Origin: a virus
Lineage: Duplodnaviria > Heunggongvirae > Uroviricota > Caudoviricetes
Length of the DNA stretch: 63,908 nt
Reading direction: 5' to 3' (one strand)
IMG/VR virus record: IMGVR_UViG_3300029509_000119
Location: 1-63,908 of that record
Below are positions 45,901 to 56,404 of the stretch, piece by piece. Within the stretch, counting starts at the first letter, position 1, and the number at the start of each line of letters is the position of its first letter. Under the pieces are notes generated by a model that worked only from the letters and a program-made list of their open reading frames with translations, did not search any database and was not told the DNA's origin. Made by a program: the position numbers and the translations under genes.

Positions 45901-47614
45901 TGGAAACGCTTTTAGTTCCCATGGGCACGGTGAAGTCTCCACCGGAAACCGGGTCGAATCCATTGAGATAATCGCCGTTGGGCAGTTGCGCGGTGACGTT
46001 CTTCAATTCGGAAGCGGAATACTGGTGTTTCGCATGTTCGAAGGTGTAGACGACTTTGATTTTCCCGTCGGGACTGGTCAGCGTGTAGGTCATGTCATTG
46101 TTGGACGATTTGGCATTCCAGCCATCTGGCACGCCGGTAATCAGCACGGTCGCATGCTCGCCTATGGTGTAGGTGCCTGACTCCATCGGTTTGAAGTCCT
46201 TGACCATGCCGTCTTCGGTCGAGGCGGACACTTTGGCGAGTTCGTCCACGGAATAGGTCTTCACATGCTTGTTGAAACGGTAGGATACCGACAGGTTCCC
46301 GCTGGTCAGCGTGTACACCTTGTATCCGTCGCCATCGGTCGCGGTCTGCTTCCAACCTGACGGCACGTTGACGATGGCGATTCCCTGACCTTCCTCGTAC
46401 TCGTAGGTGCCGGACTGTTTCGGGTTGAATCCGGGAACGTAACTGCCTCCCACGATGGCTTTCACGTTCGCCAGTTCGTCCAGACTCGCCTGATGGTTGG
46501 CGATGTTGAACACGTAGGTGGCCGATACGGAATTGTTGGGGCTGGACACCACGTAGGTGATGGCATTGCCGTCAACGGTACGTTTCGTGTTCCATTCGTC
46601 CGGCACGTTGGCGATTTCGACGTTCTTGGTGTTTTCGGGAAGATTCCATGCGCCGCCCCTGTAGTCGAATCCGTCCAATAGTTCGTCGTCTACGAACGCA
46701 CGGACGTATTGGAGTTGGTCGATGTAATAGTAGCCTTTGTAGGCGGAGGTCGGGTGGAAGATGTAGGTGAACGTGTCGCCGCAGGGTCCGGTCAGCGTGT
46801 ATACCCGGTTCAGTTTTCCGGTGGAAGGATTGTTGTAGTCAACTTTCCAGCCGTCCGGCACGCCTTCCAGACGCACGTCGGTGTTCAATGGGATGGCGAT
46901 GGTGCCGGTGTTGGCGAGCGTGTAGTCGAAGCCCCTCACGGCGGTGCCGTCAACAGTCAGATACGCTTTCAGGCCGCTCAGCGAGTTGATGCTGTCGTGG
47001 GGTCGGGTGTCGTCATACATGAACGTGTATTGGACGCTTGGCGTATCCGAATCCTTCGGATGGGCGGTGTACGTGTAATGGTCGTTTTCGGAATCGCCGT
47101 CGAGCACCCAGCCGAATGGGGCGTTCTCGTATCCCTTCATGTCACTGGCGGTCACGTTGTGGATGGTGAATCCCTTGGTGATGTCGCCATCGACCTTCTG
47201 TCCGTTCAACGTGATTGTCATGCCGTGAAGCTCTTCGACGGTGTGGACAGCGCCGTTAGCCCCGTCGAACCAGTAATGGTATGTGGTGGAACCGTTGGAC
47301 AGGATGTACATGATGGAATCCTTGTTGGTGATTCCGTTGACTCTGCTGTCCCATTGCACCGTCCAATCGTCGGGCACTCCCGACAGTTCGACCGTCTGCC
47401 CGGTGGCGTCGTACACCTCTCCGTTGCCGGATGGGTCGAAGCTGGCCAGTTGGGTACCGTCCAGATAGGCGGTGACTCCTTCCGGATAGTCGCTTACGGT
47501 GCTGCTGGATGATTCGGCGTATGCCGTCATGGGGTTCGACGCTACGACCGCAGTGCCCAATAGTGGCATGAGCATCATCGACCCCGCCGCAAGCAGGGCG
47601 ATAGGTTTTCGCAT
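42989..47614 (-). CDS. Large sortase-anchored surface protein with about 12 InlB-B (Flg_new) repeats
   Basis: Repeats TVTFD..G......P..PT..GY.F.GW....YDF..PV..DLTLTA.W; N-terminal GVPDGW repeats; LATTG+TM+RRR. Confidence 0.92.
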   Translation of the reverse strand: MRKPIALLAAGSMMLMPLLGTAVVASNPMTAYAESSSSTVSDYPEGVTAYLDGTQLASFDPSGNGEVYDATGQTVELSGVPDDWTVQWDSRVNGITNKDSIMYILSNGSTTYHYWFDGANGAVHTVEELHGMTITLNGQKVDGDITKGFTIHNVTASDMKGYENAPFGWVLDGDSENDHYTYTAHPKDSDTPSVQYTFMYDDTRPHDSINSLSGLKAYLTVDGTAVRGFDYTLANTGTIAIPLNTDVRLEGVPDGWKVDYNNPSTGKLNRVYTLTGPCGDTFTYIFHPTSAYKGYYYIDQLQYVRAFVDDELLDGFDYRGGAWNLPENTKNVEIANVPDEWNTKRTVDGNAITYVVSSPNNSVSATYVFNIANHQASLDELANVKAIVGGSYVPGFNPKQSGTYEYEEGQGIAIVNVPSGWKQTATDGDGYKVYTLTSGNLSVSYRFNKHVKTYSVDELAKVSASTEDGMVKDFKPMESGTYTIGEHATVLITGVPDGWNAKSSNNDMTYTLTSPDGKIKVVYTFEHAKHQYSASELKNVTAQLPNGDYLNGFDPVSGGDFTVPMGTKSVSIGHVPTGWKLAKKDGMSYVLTSDDGKVSVSYNFHAKSGYTVSFDTDGGTTVPSQTVENGGLVTTPDDYPSKTGHRFQGWYVDGVPYDFTQPVHSDMVITAKWKANTYEVYFDAGASEDWYPMQTITYGGKVVKPVDPTLDGYVFAGWMLDGKAYSFDTPVSDDMTLTASWKTAQTLTHTVTFTGAGDAFTQTVVDGSPATVPTIPSKKGYTFTGWYAGDSLYDFTSPVTADLTVDARWVKNMYTVSFDSNGGSGVQSQQVAYEDAASQPDNPTLEGHTFQGWTLDGDPYDFTTPVTSNITLKALWTKNAPAAKKHTVTFDSGEGSRVDGQTVKEGDPVAKPDNPTREGYAFNGWLLGDAPYDFTQPVMQDLTLTASWTKNKSTYTVKFDLNGGDGNIPDQKVKEGSTIDRPDNPTREGYTFTGWQYQDSDWNFLNAVGSNMTLTAQWKRNEAKKYTVTFDTADGTVISPQTIEDGGRVSKPADPTREGYEFDGWTLNGVGYDFTQPVKTDLVLTAMWTQVKPKTHTVMFDSDEGTVVPSQTVKDGDTATEPTAPTKTGYEFKGWMSDGKPYDFATPVTKDLTLTAKWEKTKIASYTVAFDSADGGDVPSQTVERGKTAVKPADPTREGYTFLGWYAGDAAYDWNTPVTGNLVLTAHWLKDEQSRPKTHTVTFDYQNGDPTDVRTVNDGDTVPQPQTPVREGYDFRGWVGIDGSAFDFTLPITADTLVSAKWKRCEEPKPATHTVTFNPNGGTVVEPQTVTDGQPVSRPADPVKDGYVFDGWYLGNDQYDFDRPVTKDLTLTAIYHRKPAPRPNAYTVRFDTGNGSKIDPQTVKQGGKAKKPADPTLDGYRFIGWRLNGRDYDFNTVISKDVTLTAAWEKDTSATTPGNGSGSDSDNGTGSNGNQPNGSTGSDANGSTSQNTGDADTGNGETKRNPLATTGATVLGALATAITTIAMGVGLMAARRRGKKF

Positions 47615-47759
47615 ATCTTCCTCTTTCCCGTGTTTTTTCCTATATTAAAGACCTTTAAAGAAAAATTTTGGGGAGGTGGGGAGCTTAACTCCGCACCTCC
47701 CCAAACTAGACGGTGTGGGAAAGGACGCCTACAGTCCCCTCCCCCACCGGTTCAGTCCG

Positions 47760-50700
47760 TCACCTCGTAGAGCCGGACATGTGAGCGCCGTTCGCAAGGG
47801 AAGCGATGCGACGCTTGCCCGTCGAGACGACAGCCAATCCCAGTCCAAGCACTGCGAACATTCCGACAATCGGAATGATGAGTCCGCCGATGATACCAGT
47901 CTTGGCGAGTTCGCCCACGATGACGGTCTCGCCCGGCACGCGGGCGTCACCGTAGTGGACGAGCCTGTTGGTGGACTTCTCCACCAGCTTCTCGCGCCAA
48001 TAGTAGGTTCCGGCGTCCGTCGGAGTGACTTCCGGCGAATCGACCGTGGCCGCGTTCTTCGGAACGTTCACGGCGTCGGTGGTGGCAACCTTTCGGTCGT
48101 CCTTCACGTCGTCGCCGTTCTGCTTCCACAGTTCGAACACCAGCTCGTAGTCGTCGTTCGGAATTCTACCTTCGATGAGGGCGGTGTCCTTGACCGGCTT
48201 GGTGGCCGTGCCGTTGGCTTGAGCCTTGGTCGTGACCTTCACCACGTCGGTGGTCTCACCCGGCGTGCGCGGCTTCTCGGTATGGACCGGAGTGTCGCAC
48301 GGATGGTCTTCGTCGGTGTTGCCGGTCGGCGGGACGCACGGCGGGATGTCGGTGTCCTCGACCGGATTGTAGATGCTTTCGCGCCAGTAGTAGGTTCCGG
48401 TCTCCTTGACCTCGTAGGTCGGGGAGACGGCTTCCTTCTGACCGGCCTTGAGCATCACCTTGTCGCTGGCGAACACCTTCTCGTCCTTGCTGGAATCGTT
48501 GCCGTCCGTCTGCTTCCACAGGGTGAAGATGATGTAGGAGCCGTCAATGACGTCGCCTTCAATCTTCGCCTTGTCCTGAAGCTTGGTGCCGGATGCTTCC
48601 AGACGGTGCGTGGTCGTGGTCACGTTGACCACGCTGACGGTCTCGTTGCTCACGCGGGGCTTTCCGGTGACGGTCGGGGTCTTCTCGACCTCCACCTTCT
48701 TGCCATGGTCGGCCGAGGTGGTGTGCTTGGTCGGCACGTACACGTGCTCGCGCCAGTAGTACACGCCGGTCTTGTCCACGGTCACATCCTCCAAGTCGGC
48801 GAACGTCTGGCCTTCGGAGAGCGTGGTGCGCTTCGTGGTCAGCACTTCCTCGTCCTTGCTGGAATCGTCGCCTTCCACCTGACGGTAGAGGGTGGCGTCC
48901 GCCTGAGAGCCTTCCGGCACGCGTCCCTGAAGAAGCACGGTGTCGTGGAACTTCTCGCCGACATGACCCAGCGGCTTGGTCTTGGTGGTCGCGTCGATAA
49001 TCTGGACGGTCTCGTCGGCCACGTGGGCGCGGTCGGTGAAGAAGTCCTCGGACTCCAAGTGGCTGGCGTCCGTGTCGTTCTGCGGCTTGTTCGGCTGTCC
49101 GTCACCGGCGAGGTTCTTCGTCGGACTGGTCAGGCTGAACACCCAGTAGTATTCCCCGACCTCGGTCGGAGTGTACTCGGGGCTTTCCACTGTCACCTTG
49201 CCGTTCTTCAACGCTTCGGCGGCTTCCTCGGCGGTGATGAGGTGAGCGCCATCGGCTGGGGTCTGATAGCTTGCGACGAGCATGCTGTCGGAGGCTTCGC
49301 CGTTATCGGATTGAGGTTCGGCATCGGCGTCAGTACCGTCGGAGCCTTCGCCTTCGTCTTCGCCTTCGCCCTGCTGCTGCTCGGTCTTGTCAATCAGATA
49401 ATTGTCGTCGTCGGCGTTGTTGGTCTTGTACAGGTTCCAAGAGACCAGAGTGCCTTCAGCCGGATGTCCGGTAATGGTCACGGTGTCCTTGGTAGGCTTG
49501 TTGACCTGCTGCGCCACCTGAGCTTCGGAGGAAGCCTTTACGATACGGAACGATTCACGCGGGTCGCGCTGGGTGCCCAGCTTGACGACCTTGTGGTTTT
49601 CGCTCGGGTCGCTGATTTCGATGACCCAGTAGTAGTCGCCCACCTCGTCCATCTTGTGTTCGGGGCCGTACGCTTCGGTCTGTCCGCTGGTCAGATGCAC
49701 GTAGTCGCCGGTGAGAATCTTCTTATCGGTCTTCACGTCGCCGTCTCCCTGCTTGTACAGGAACCAGCGTGCGTCCAATCCTTGGGTCAAATCGTCGCGG
49801 ATGTCGCCGGACTGCTTCCACTTCACGTTGGTCAGGTCGGCATGGTCCTTGACCACGGTTCCCACGTAACGTTCGGTGGCCACATCGGTCTGCGCTTCGA
49901 TGGAACGGAAGGACTCGTTCTTAACCTTGTCCTTGCCGGTGTGCAACGGAGTGTTCTGGTCGTCCTTCGGCAGGTTCAGAACCTCGACCCAGTAGTAGTC
50001 GATGGCGTCCGGAACCTTGAGGCTCGGACTGGTCAACTGCTGGTCGATGCTGGACTTGTCGAAGCCAAGCTCCTTGAGGGTGGCGGTCTTGGTGGAGGCG
50101 ACCTTCTTTCCGGTAGTGTAGTCGTGCATTTCGAAGGTGAGCGTCGCATTCTCGGGCAGGTGGCCTTCGAGTCGTGCGACATCCTGAACGGTTCCGTTCT
50201 TGGAAGCCCACTTGTACGTGCTGGTGGTCACGCGGACGGCGTGGAAGGACTCGTCCTTGATGCGCTTGTCGGAGACCGCAGGATTGGTGTTGTCAGGCTG
50301 GAAGGCGGTGCCGTCCGGCTTGGTGAACACCCACTGCCAGTAGTAGTCGGCGGGTTCGGTCAGATGCACGGTGGCGGAGTCGAGGGTCTTCTGCGCTTCG
50401 GTCAGGACAACCGGGTCGAGGGTCTTGACGACGGTGTCCTTGTCGGCGGTCTGATTCTCGGCCTGCTTGTACAGCTTGAACGCGACCTTGTAATCCCTGA
50501 GCATGTAGCCGGTGATGGTGAGCTTGTCGTTCACGTCGTTGCCGTTGGTGACATCGACGTAATGCTCGCCTTCGCTGGTGTGGATGTTCGGAGTGCCGGT
50601 CACGTTCGTGGTCAGCTTCACGACCTCGAACTTCTCGGATGCGACGTTCCGTCCGTCGAACAGGAGCCAACGGTCGGCGTAGCCGTCGCCGTTGCCTTTC

Positions 50701-53700
50701 TGCTTGGCGGTGGCGTTCTGCCAGTAGTCGCCAGCTTGCGGGTCATCTGCCTGAGTGATCGCCTTCGCGGAGGTCATCCACTCTTTGGTGATGACGCCGA
50801 ACGCCGGATTCATGCTGGTGTTTCCACCGGTTCCGACGCCGTTGCCATCCTTGTGCGGCATTTCCGGAGTGTAGATTTTCACACGCCAGATGTAGGAGCC
50901 GACACCCGGGTTCTTCACGCTCTTGGAACGGAAGGTGACTCCGTTGAGGTGAGCGCCGACGGCCTTGGACGGGACGTCCACACGACCGGTGGTGGCGACC
51001 TTTTCGGAGGCGATGCCGTTGTGGTCGGAATCATCCTGCTTGGTGGCGGCGTCCTTGCGTACGTTGCCGTCCTTGCTGGTGCGCCACAGTTCGGCCTCAT
51101 ACTGGGACCCTGCCGGAATGTTGCCCTTCAACGTGATTTCGTCGGACACGTTCATGCTGTCGAGCCACAGGGGTTCGGTGCTTGTGGTGTCCATGTGAAT
51201 CACGTCGAACTCTTCGGACTCGTCGTCGCCGCCGTACCAGACGACATCACGATTGTTGTCCGTCGGGTCGTTGCCGGTGCCCGGAGTGGTGGTCGGAACG
51301 GTGATTTTCACACGGTAGTAGTACCTGTTGGCAGACCAGTCGGACGGAATCGTGAACGTGGAGGATTTGACGTTCTGGTAGTTGTCCAGCATGTCCTCGC
51401 CCACGTATGGATGGTTCTCGTCGGGGTCTTCGCTCTTGGCGAGCGTGCGCACCTTCGGGAGGTCTTCGGCATTGTACTGTTTGACCATCCTTCCGGCGTT
51501 CGCGCCGTCCTTCGCCCAGATTTCGAACTGGACTTTGGCGCCTTTCGCGGTCTGTGCGGAATCGCCGGTGGTGTAGGTGTCGCCGTTGATGGATTCGCCG
51601 TCATACTGCTCGTACGAGGTCTGGTGGAGCACGTCGTAGATTTGCGTGGTCTTGTCCTCGTAGTTGCCGTTTGCGTCGCTCAGCCACTTCTTGGACACGG
51701 TGGTGGAGTACTTCTGCACCGGAGTGCGTTCGTAGCTCTTGTAGCCGGTCTTGTGGTCGGAACCGTATTCACCGTAGATGTGCTGGTCGAGCACGCCGCC
51801 CTGCGGGGTGCGAAGCGTGGTCTTCCAGTACACCATTCCGGCCTTGCTGGTCTTGAAGCTCGGGTCGGTGACCTTGACGGTCAGCTTGCCCGGACGGTTG
51901 CCTTCCTGACCGGCCTTGATTGCGGTGAAATTGTTGGTGTCCAAGGTGACGGTCTTCTCGGCAATCTTGAACAGGCCGTTGTCGCCGTTGTCCTCCTTGG
52001 CCTGACGGTACATTTCCACGGTGACGGTGGAGCCTTGCGGGATTCGGCCGATGACGCCGGTCGGATTGCTGTTGCCTTCGCCCTCGTGAACCTGACCGTC
52101 GGCGGACTCGGCTTCGCTGGTCTCGTCGTACACGGTGATTTCATCGTACAGTTGTTCGCCGGTCGCACCCATCTTCTGGGCGTTGGACGTGACGATGCCA
52201 CCCGGGTTCACCTGAACGGTTTCGGACGGCAGACCCAACTCGTGGGTGGCGAGCTGCTTGCCCTGCGGAGACCACAGTGCCGCCACCCAGTACACGGAAC
52301 CGGACTTGTCGGTGTGCGTGACGGGGCTGGTGACGGTGAAGCTCTTGGTTGCGGACGCTTCCGCGTCGGCGTCCTTGATGTTCACGCGAACGTTGTCCAA
52401 CAGCTTCGGAGCGTTCGTGTCCGGGTCGCCGGACACGGCGTCGTAGGCCGTGAACGTGACGTAGGAGCCTTTGAGCACCTTGCCGTTGACGGTCGCCTTG
52501 TCGGAGAACTCCTCGCTCGGCTTGACCTTGGTCTTGGTCACTTGGGTGGTGATGGTCGGAGGACGAACCGTGACGGTTTCCTCCGGCAGCCCAAGGTCGT
52601 GGGTCGCGAGCTGGCGTCCCTGCCTGTCGTACAGGGTCGCCTTCCAATACACGTTTCCACCGTTCATGGTGTTGACGGTCTTGGATTTGACGGTCACGGT
52701 CTTGTTCTGGGCTGAAGCTTCGGCCTGAGCTGCGGTGATGTTGACCTTCTGGTCTTTCAGCAGGAGGCTGGCGTTCGTGTCCGGCTTCTCGCCCACCGCG
52801 TCATAGGCGCGGAACACCACGAAGTCACCCGCGTGGACGACGCCCTTGATTTCGGCGGTGTCGGAGAAGTTCTCGCCTACTCCGACGCTCGTGGAGGACA
52901 CGTGCGTGGTGATGGTCGGATATTTGACCTGAACGGTCTCACCGGACACGCCCAAATCGTGGGTGGCGAGCACGGCACCGTTGGCACGATGCAGGGTCGC
53001 CTTCCAATACACGTTTCCGCCTTCGGCGGCGTGGGTCTTCGGACTGGTCACGGTGATGGCCTGACCGTTCTGGCTTGCCGAAACATCCTTTGCCGGAATG
53101 TTCACACGCTCGGAATCAAGCAGTTTCACACCTTGGGCGTTCGGAGCGTCGGAGACTGGGGCGTAAGCGTCGAAGGTGACGTAATCGCCGGAAGTCAATT
53201 CACCGTTGATGGTGGCGGTGTCGGTGAACTCCTCGTTGATGGAAACCTGTTCCTTGCTGACCTTGGTGGTGATGGACGGGTTCTTGATGAGGACGCTTTC
53301 ACCGGTCGCGCCAAGCTCGTGGGTTGCGAGTTCCATGCCGTCCCTGTTGTAGAGCGTCGCCTTCCAGTAGACGATACCGGACTTGGTGGCGGTCACGTCC
53401 GGGGAATCGACGGTGATGCTCTTACCTGCGCCGGAGGAGGCGATTTTGTCGGCGGGAATGTCCACGCGCTTGTTGTCGAGCAGTTTCGTGGCATTCGTGT
53501 CCGGCTTGCCGGAAACCGCATCGTAGGCGGCGAACGTCAGGTAGGCTCCGGCGTCAATCTTGTTGTTGATGACGGCGGTGTCGTGGAACGGACGTCCGAC
53601 GTAGGTCTGCTGGGTGCTGGTCTTGGTGGTAAGGGATGGTCCTACCACTTCGACGGTCTCGTTCTCCAATCCGATGGCGTGGCCAGCGAGGGCGTCGCCT

Positions 53701-55895
53701 TTGTTATTGTAGAGTTTGGCGACCCAATAGACCTTGCCAATCTTGCTGGTGCTGATTTCAGGAGACTTCACTTCGAACTGCGTGGTGTCGGAATGGTCGG
53801 CCTGTTCGTCGGTGACGTTCACACGATTGTTGTCCAACAGTTTGTTGGTGGACACGTCCGGGTTTCCGGTCACAGCGTCGTATGCGGTGAACGTGACGTA
53901 GGAGCCGCGCGGGACGGAACCCGCGATGGTGGCCGTGTCGTAGAACTTCTCGCCTTGGGTGACGGTGGTCTTGTTCACATTGGTAGTCAGCGTGACGGTC
54001 TGGGCGTCCTGACTAATGAAGGAACGTTCCCACGGATTGTTGTACGCGCTTTTGAACCCTTGGGCACGGTCGGAGCCGGGGAAGTCGTAGATGAACACGT
54101 AGTAGCCGCATTCGGCTTTGGTGGTCGCTTTGATGTTCACGTTGTCAGCTACGGTCTTCGCGTCGCTGCCATCGCTCGGATAGAGGATGATTTTGCCGCC
54201 GCCGACCTTGTACTTGCCGTTCATGGCCGGAACCTCCCATTCGCCAATCAGCTTATGGTTGGCGTCCGGGGTCGGCTCCTCCTCGGTGGTCGGAACGTAT
54301 TTCTCGTCCTCTTGCTTGTTGCCGGTGCCGGAACCGGCCCACCAGACACGAATCTTGGCTTTCGCGTCGGCGTTGAAACCGTAATCCGTGTTGCCGGTGA
54401 ACTTGCCGTAGTCGGACGGCAGTCGGCTGATGTTGATTTCATCGAGGATGTCCTTGTTCATGCCGGACTCCTGCTCCAACACGGTGGAGTCGTGGTTCGG
54501 AGGCAGAACGCTCACGGATGTTTCCTGAGCCTTGCCGAACTCGTCGATGTAATCGCCTTTGATGTAGTCCTGCTGGGACTGGTCGGATTTGACTTCGACC
54601 CAAACCCATGTTCCGAACAGTCCTGCGTCCTCGTCGGACACCTGATAGTCGTCCAAACCGTTCACGGTGTCGTAGTCGATGGCTCCGGTCGCGGCTTTCG
54701 CTGTGACCTTGTTGGTCTGTCCGCTGTTGGTGAAGCTGGTGGTGGTGGCGGCTACCTGTCGGATGCCGTCGGTTTCACGCAGACGTTTCAGATAGTCGGT
54801 CGGATTCTCACCATTGTTCTTCTTGATGATTTGGAGGATGTGCTTGGAGTCGCCTACGAAATAGTAGCCTTTGAATTTGACGGGCACGTTGTCCGCCCAC
54901 TCGTCGTCGGAGGTTGCGACGCCGGAGGTCACATTGTCCTGAACCGGTGAGCCACGGGTCAACTGTTTCTTGCTGACACTGGTGGTGACGGTCGGCTGGA
55001 AGTCCCTTTCAACCTTGAATGACACGCTGGAAGTAGCGTTTTCAGGGTCAGCGGCTTTGAAAAGGTCCTGTGAGGGAGAGTTTAACAACGCGGCTTTGTA
55101 TTTAGGCCATGTCACGGTGTATGTGACGTTGCCGTTTCCCGTGGCGGTCCAAGGAATATGCTGTTCACCTCCGTTCGTGACGCCGGAAAGGGTGTTCGAA
55201 TTGTTCTGGTCGAACTTCGCCGGACCGTTCAGGTGAAGCGTGTATTGGACGCCGCCGATGTAATGTCCGAAGGAATCGACGATGCCCGGGTTCACGGTTC
55301 CCCTGCGCTTGCCTTGGGTGTAGGCTGCCGAAGCGTGGGCTCCTGCCGGAACGGCGGCCTCGTTCCACATCCTGTTGGCGGTGTTGACCACATCATTCCA
55401 GTTGCCGTTCTTAAGACCTGCCCTACCGACGGCGGCCATATACTCCGGGCCACCACTGTTATCGAAGTGCATGTGAACCAGATAGGTGATGGCCGCTTGG
55501 GTCAAATCGCTACCGTCGTTCCTATATTTATCGGCAATGTAGGCGAGTTTCTGCGCCGTCGGGTCGGAAGTCTCTGACCAAGTTCCATTATTCGGATTCA
55601 GGTCGGTCACGACGCTGGCTTCTCGACAGTAGGCGTAACGGCCATCCTTCATGGCGATAGGACCAATGACCTGCTCGCCATACATGGAAAGACCGTTACT
55701 GTATGTCACGCTGAAACTGGCGTTGGTGAGGTAGCCCGGCAGTCCTAGATTCGTAGTAGCAAAAGCAGTCCCGGTGGTCAACACTCCCGAAAGCAATGTG
55801 GCGGCAGCCGTCGCAAGAGCCGCAGCCGCCCTGCCTACCCGTTTCAGAATGGGTGGCTTGTCTTTCCGGAGAGTCTTACTCAATGGATTAACCAT
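47760..55895 (-). CDS. Giant (2711 aa) sortase-anchored adhesin with thioester-domain-like tip and Ig-like repeats
   Basis: Signal peptide, YAYC and TQAAI, repeated F.DTA..G.VYWKATL..THELG...ETV, LAKTG+TM. Confidence 0.9.
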   Translation of the reverse strand: MVNPLSKTLRKDKPPILKRVGRAAAALATAAATLLSGVLTTGTAFATTNLGLPGYLTNASFSVTYSNGLSMYGEQVIGPIAMKDGRYAYCREASVVTDLNPNNGTWSETSDPTAQKLAYIADKYRNDGSDLTQAAITYLVHMHFDNSGGPEYMAAVGRAGLKNGNWNDVVNTANRMWNEAAVPAGAHASAAYTQGKRRGTVNPGIVDSFGHYIGGVQYTLHLNGPAKFDQNNSNTLSGVTNGGEQHIPWTATGNGNVTYTVTWPKYKAALLNSPSQDLFKAADPENATSSVSFKVERDFQPTVTTSVSKKQLTRGSPVQDNVTSGVATSDDEWADNVPVKFKGYYFVGDSKHILQIIKKNNGENPTDYLKRLRETDGIRQVAATTTSFTNSGQTNKVTAKAATGAIDYDTVNGLDDYQVSDEDAGLFGTWVWVEVKSDQSQQDYIKGDYIDEFGKAQETSVSVLPPNHDSTVLEQESGMNKDILDEINISRLPSDYGKFTGNTDYGFNADAKAKIRVWWAGSGTGNKQEDEKYVPTTEEEPTPDANHKLIGEWEVPAMNGKYKVGGGKIILYPSDGSDAKTVADNVNIKATTKAECGYYVFIYDFPGSDRAQGFKSAYNNPWERSFISQDAQTVTLTTNVNKTTVTQGEKFYDTATIAGSVPRGSYVTFTAYDAVTGNPDVSTNKLLDNNRVNVTDEQADHSDTTQFEVKSPEISTSKIGKVYWVAKLYNNKGDALAGHAIGLENETVEVVGPSLTTKTSTQQTYVGRPFHDTAVINNKIDAGAYLTFAAYDAVSGKPDTNATKLLDNKRVDIPADKIASSGAGKSITVDSPDVTATKSGIVYWKATLYNRDGMELATHELGATGESVLIKNPSITTKVSKEQVSINEEFTDTATINGELTSGDYVTFDAYAPVSDAPNAQGVKLLDSERVNIPAKDVSASQNGQAITVTSPKTHAAEGGNVYWKATLHRANGAVLATHDLGVSGETVQVKYPTITTHVSSTSVGVGENFSDTAEIKGVVHAGDFVVFRAYDAVGEKPDTNASLLLKDQKVNITAAQAEASAQNKTVTVKSKTVNTMNGGNVYWKATLYDRQGRQLATHDLGLPEETVTVRPPTITTQVTKTKVKPSEEFSDKATVNGKVLKGSYVTFTAYDAVSGDPDTNAPKLLDNVRVNIKDADAEASATKSFTVTSPVTHTDKSGSVYWVAALWSPQGKQLATHELGLPSETVQVNPGGIVTSNAQKMGATGEQLYDEITVYDETSEAESADGQVHEGEGNSNPTGVIGRIPQGSTVTVEMYRQAKEDNGDNGLFKIAEKTVTLDTNNFTAIKAGQEGNRPGKLTVKVTDPSFKTSKAGMVYWKTTLRTPQGGVLDQHIYGEYGSDHKTGYKSYERTPVQKYSTTVSKKWLSDANGNYEDKTTQIYDVLHQTSYEQYDGESINGDTYTTGDSAQTAKGAKVQFEIWAKDGANAGRMVKQYNAEDLPKVRTLAKSEDPDENHPYVGEDMLDNYQNVKSSTFTIPSDWSANRYYYRVKITVPTTTPGTGNDPTDNNRDVVWYGGDDESEEFDVIHMDTTSTEPLWLDSMNVSDEITLKGNIPAGSQYEAELWRTSKDGNVRKDAATKQDDSDHNGIASEKVATTGRVDVPSKAVGAHLNGVTFRSKSVKNPGVGSYIWRVKIYTPEMPHKDGNGVGTGGNTSMNPAFGVITKEWMTSAKAITQADDPQAGDYWQNATAKQKGNGDGYADRWLLFDGRNVASEKFEVVKLTTNVTGTPNIHTSEGEHYVDVTNGNDVNDKLTITGYMLRDYKVAFKLYKQAENQTADKDTVVKTLDPVVLTEAQKTLDSATVHLTEPADYYWQWVFTKPDGTAFQPDNTNPAVSDKRIKDESFHAVRVTTSTYKWASKNGTVQDVARLEGHLPENATLTFEMHDYTTGKKVASTKTATLKELGFDKSSIDQQLTSPSLKVPDAIDYYWVEVLNLPKDDQNTPLHTGKDKVKNESFRSIEAQTDVATERYVGTVVKDHADLTNVKWKQSGDIRDDLTQGLDARWFLYKQGDGDVKTDKKILTGDYVHLTSGQTEAYGPEHKMDEVGDYYWVIEISDPSENHKVVKLGTQRDPRESFRIVKASSEAQVAQQVNKPTKDTVTITGHPAEGTLVSWNLYKTNNADDDNYLIDKTEQQQGEGEDEGEGSDGTDADAEPQSDNGEASDSMLVASYQTPADGAHLITAEEAAEALKNGKVTVESPEYTPTEVGEYYWVFSLTSPTKNLAGDGQPNKPQNDTDASHLESEDFFTDRAHVADETVQIIDATTKTKPLGHVGEKFHDTVLLQGRVPEGSQADATLYRQVEGDDSSKDEEVLTTKRTTLSEGQTFADLEDVTVDKTGVYYWREHVYVPTKHTTSADHGKKVEVEKTPTVTGKPRVSNETVSVVNVTTTTHRLEASGTKLQDKAKIEGDVIDGSYIIFTLWKQTDGNDSSKDEKVFASDKVMLKAGQKEAVSPTYEVKETGTYYWRESIYNPVEDTDIPPCVPPTGNTDEDHPCDTPVHTEKPRTPGETTDVVKVTTKAQANGTATKPVKDTALIEGRIPNDDYELVFELWKQNGDDVKDDRKVATTDAVNVPKNAATVDSPEVTPTDAGTYYWREKLVEKSTNRLVHYGDARVPGETVIVGELAKTGIIGGLIIPIVGMFAVLGLGLAVVSTGKRRIASLANGAHMSGSTR

Positions 55896-56068
55896 AGATA
55901 CTCCTCTAGAGGTTTGTCATCATCATCTTTCATATATATCAGACTTGTCACAGTCAACCTTTTGAAAAAAGGAATTTTCTTACAATGAGAAGGCGCTTTT
56001 GACGCTGTTCTTGAATTTGTGGACAGTCCCACTATCATTGGACTGTAACCTATCGGAAGGAGACGCCG

Positions 56069-56404
56069 TTGTCGAGGACATTCAAAGACAAGCCGTATTC
56101 CATCATCGAGGAGGACGCTCGCTCATGCGGTTTCTCCCGCACCCGCACTTGCGGTTGGGGATATTCCTTCGAGGAAATCGACTTGAAAGGCTACGCGTAT
56201 TCGAGAAAAAGGAATCCGCATGTTCCCGCACGCCGATGGTGCGATTGGCGTTGGATAGAGGACGACTGGCACACGGATTACGGGAGTGAGACGGAGATTC
56301 GAGACGCGCTGCGTGCCGCCGTAGTCACATACAACGGTGGCGGAATGGATGAGGATTGGGACGAGCCTGTCGTCTATCAGCGTCGTAGGCGTTGGTATTG
56401 CTGA
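56069..56404 (+). CDS. Small Trp/Arg-rich hypothetical protein
   Basis: AAGGAG then TTG; MSRT.KD.P start typical of small phage genes. Confidence 0.7.
   Translation: MSRTFKDKPYSIIEEDARSCGFSRTRTCGWGYSFEEIDLKGYAYSRKRNPHVPARRWCDWRWIEDDWHTDYGSETEIRDALRAAVVTYNGGGMDEDWDEPVVYQRRRRWYC

Noticed and set aside
47676..54950. Very long plus-strand ORFs (1679 aa, 705 aa)
   Set aside because: Antisense shadows of the codon-biased adhesin gene; no motifs or RBS.
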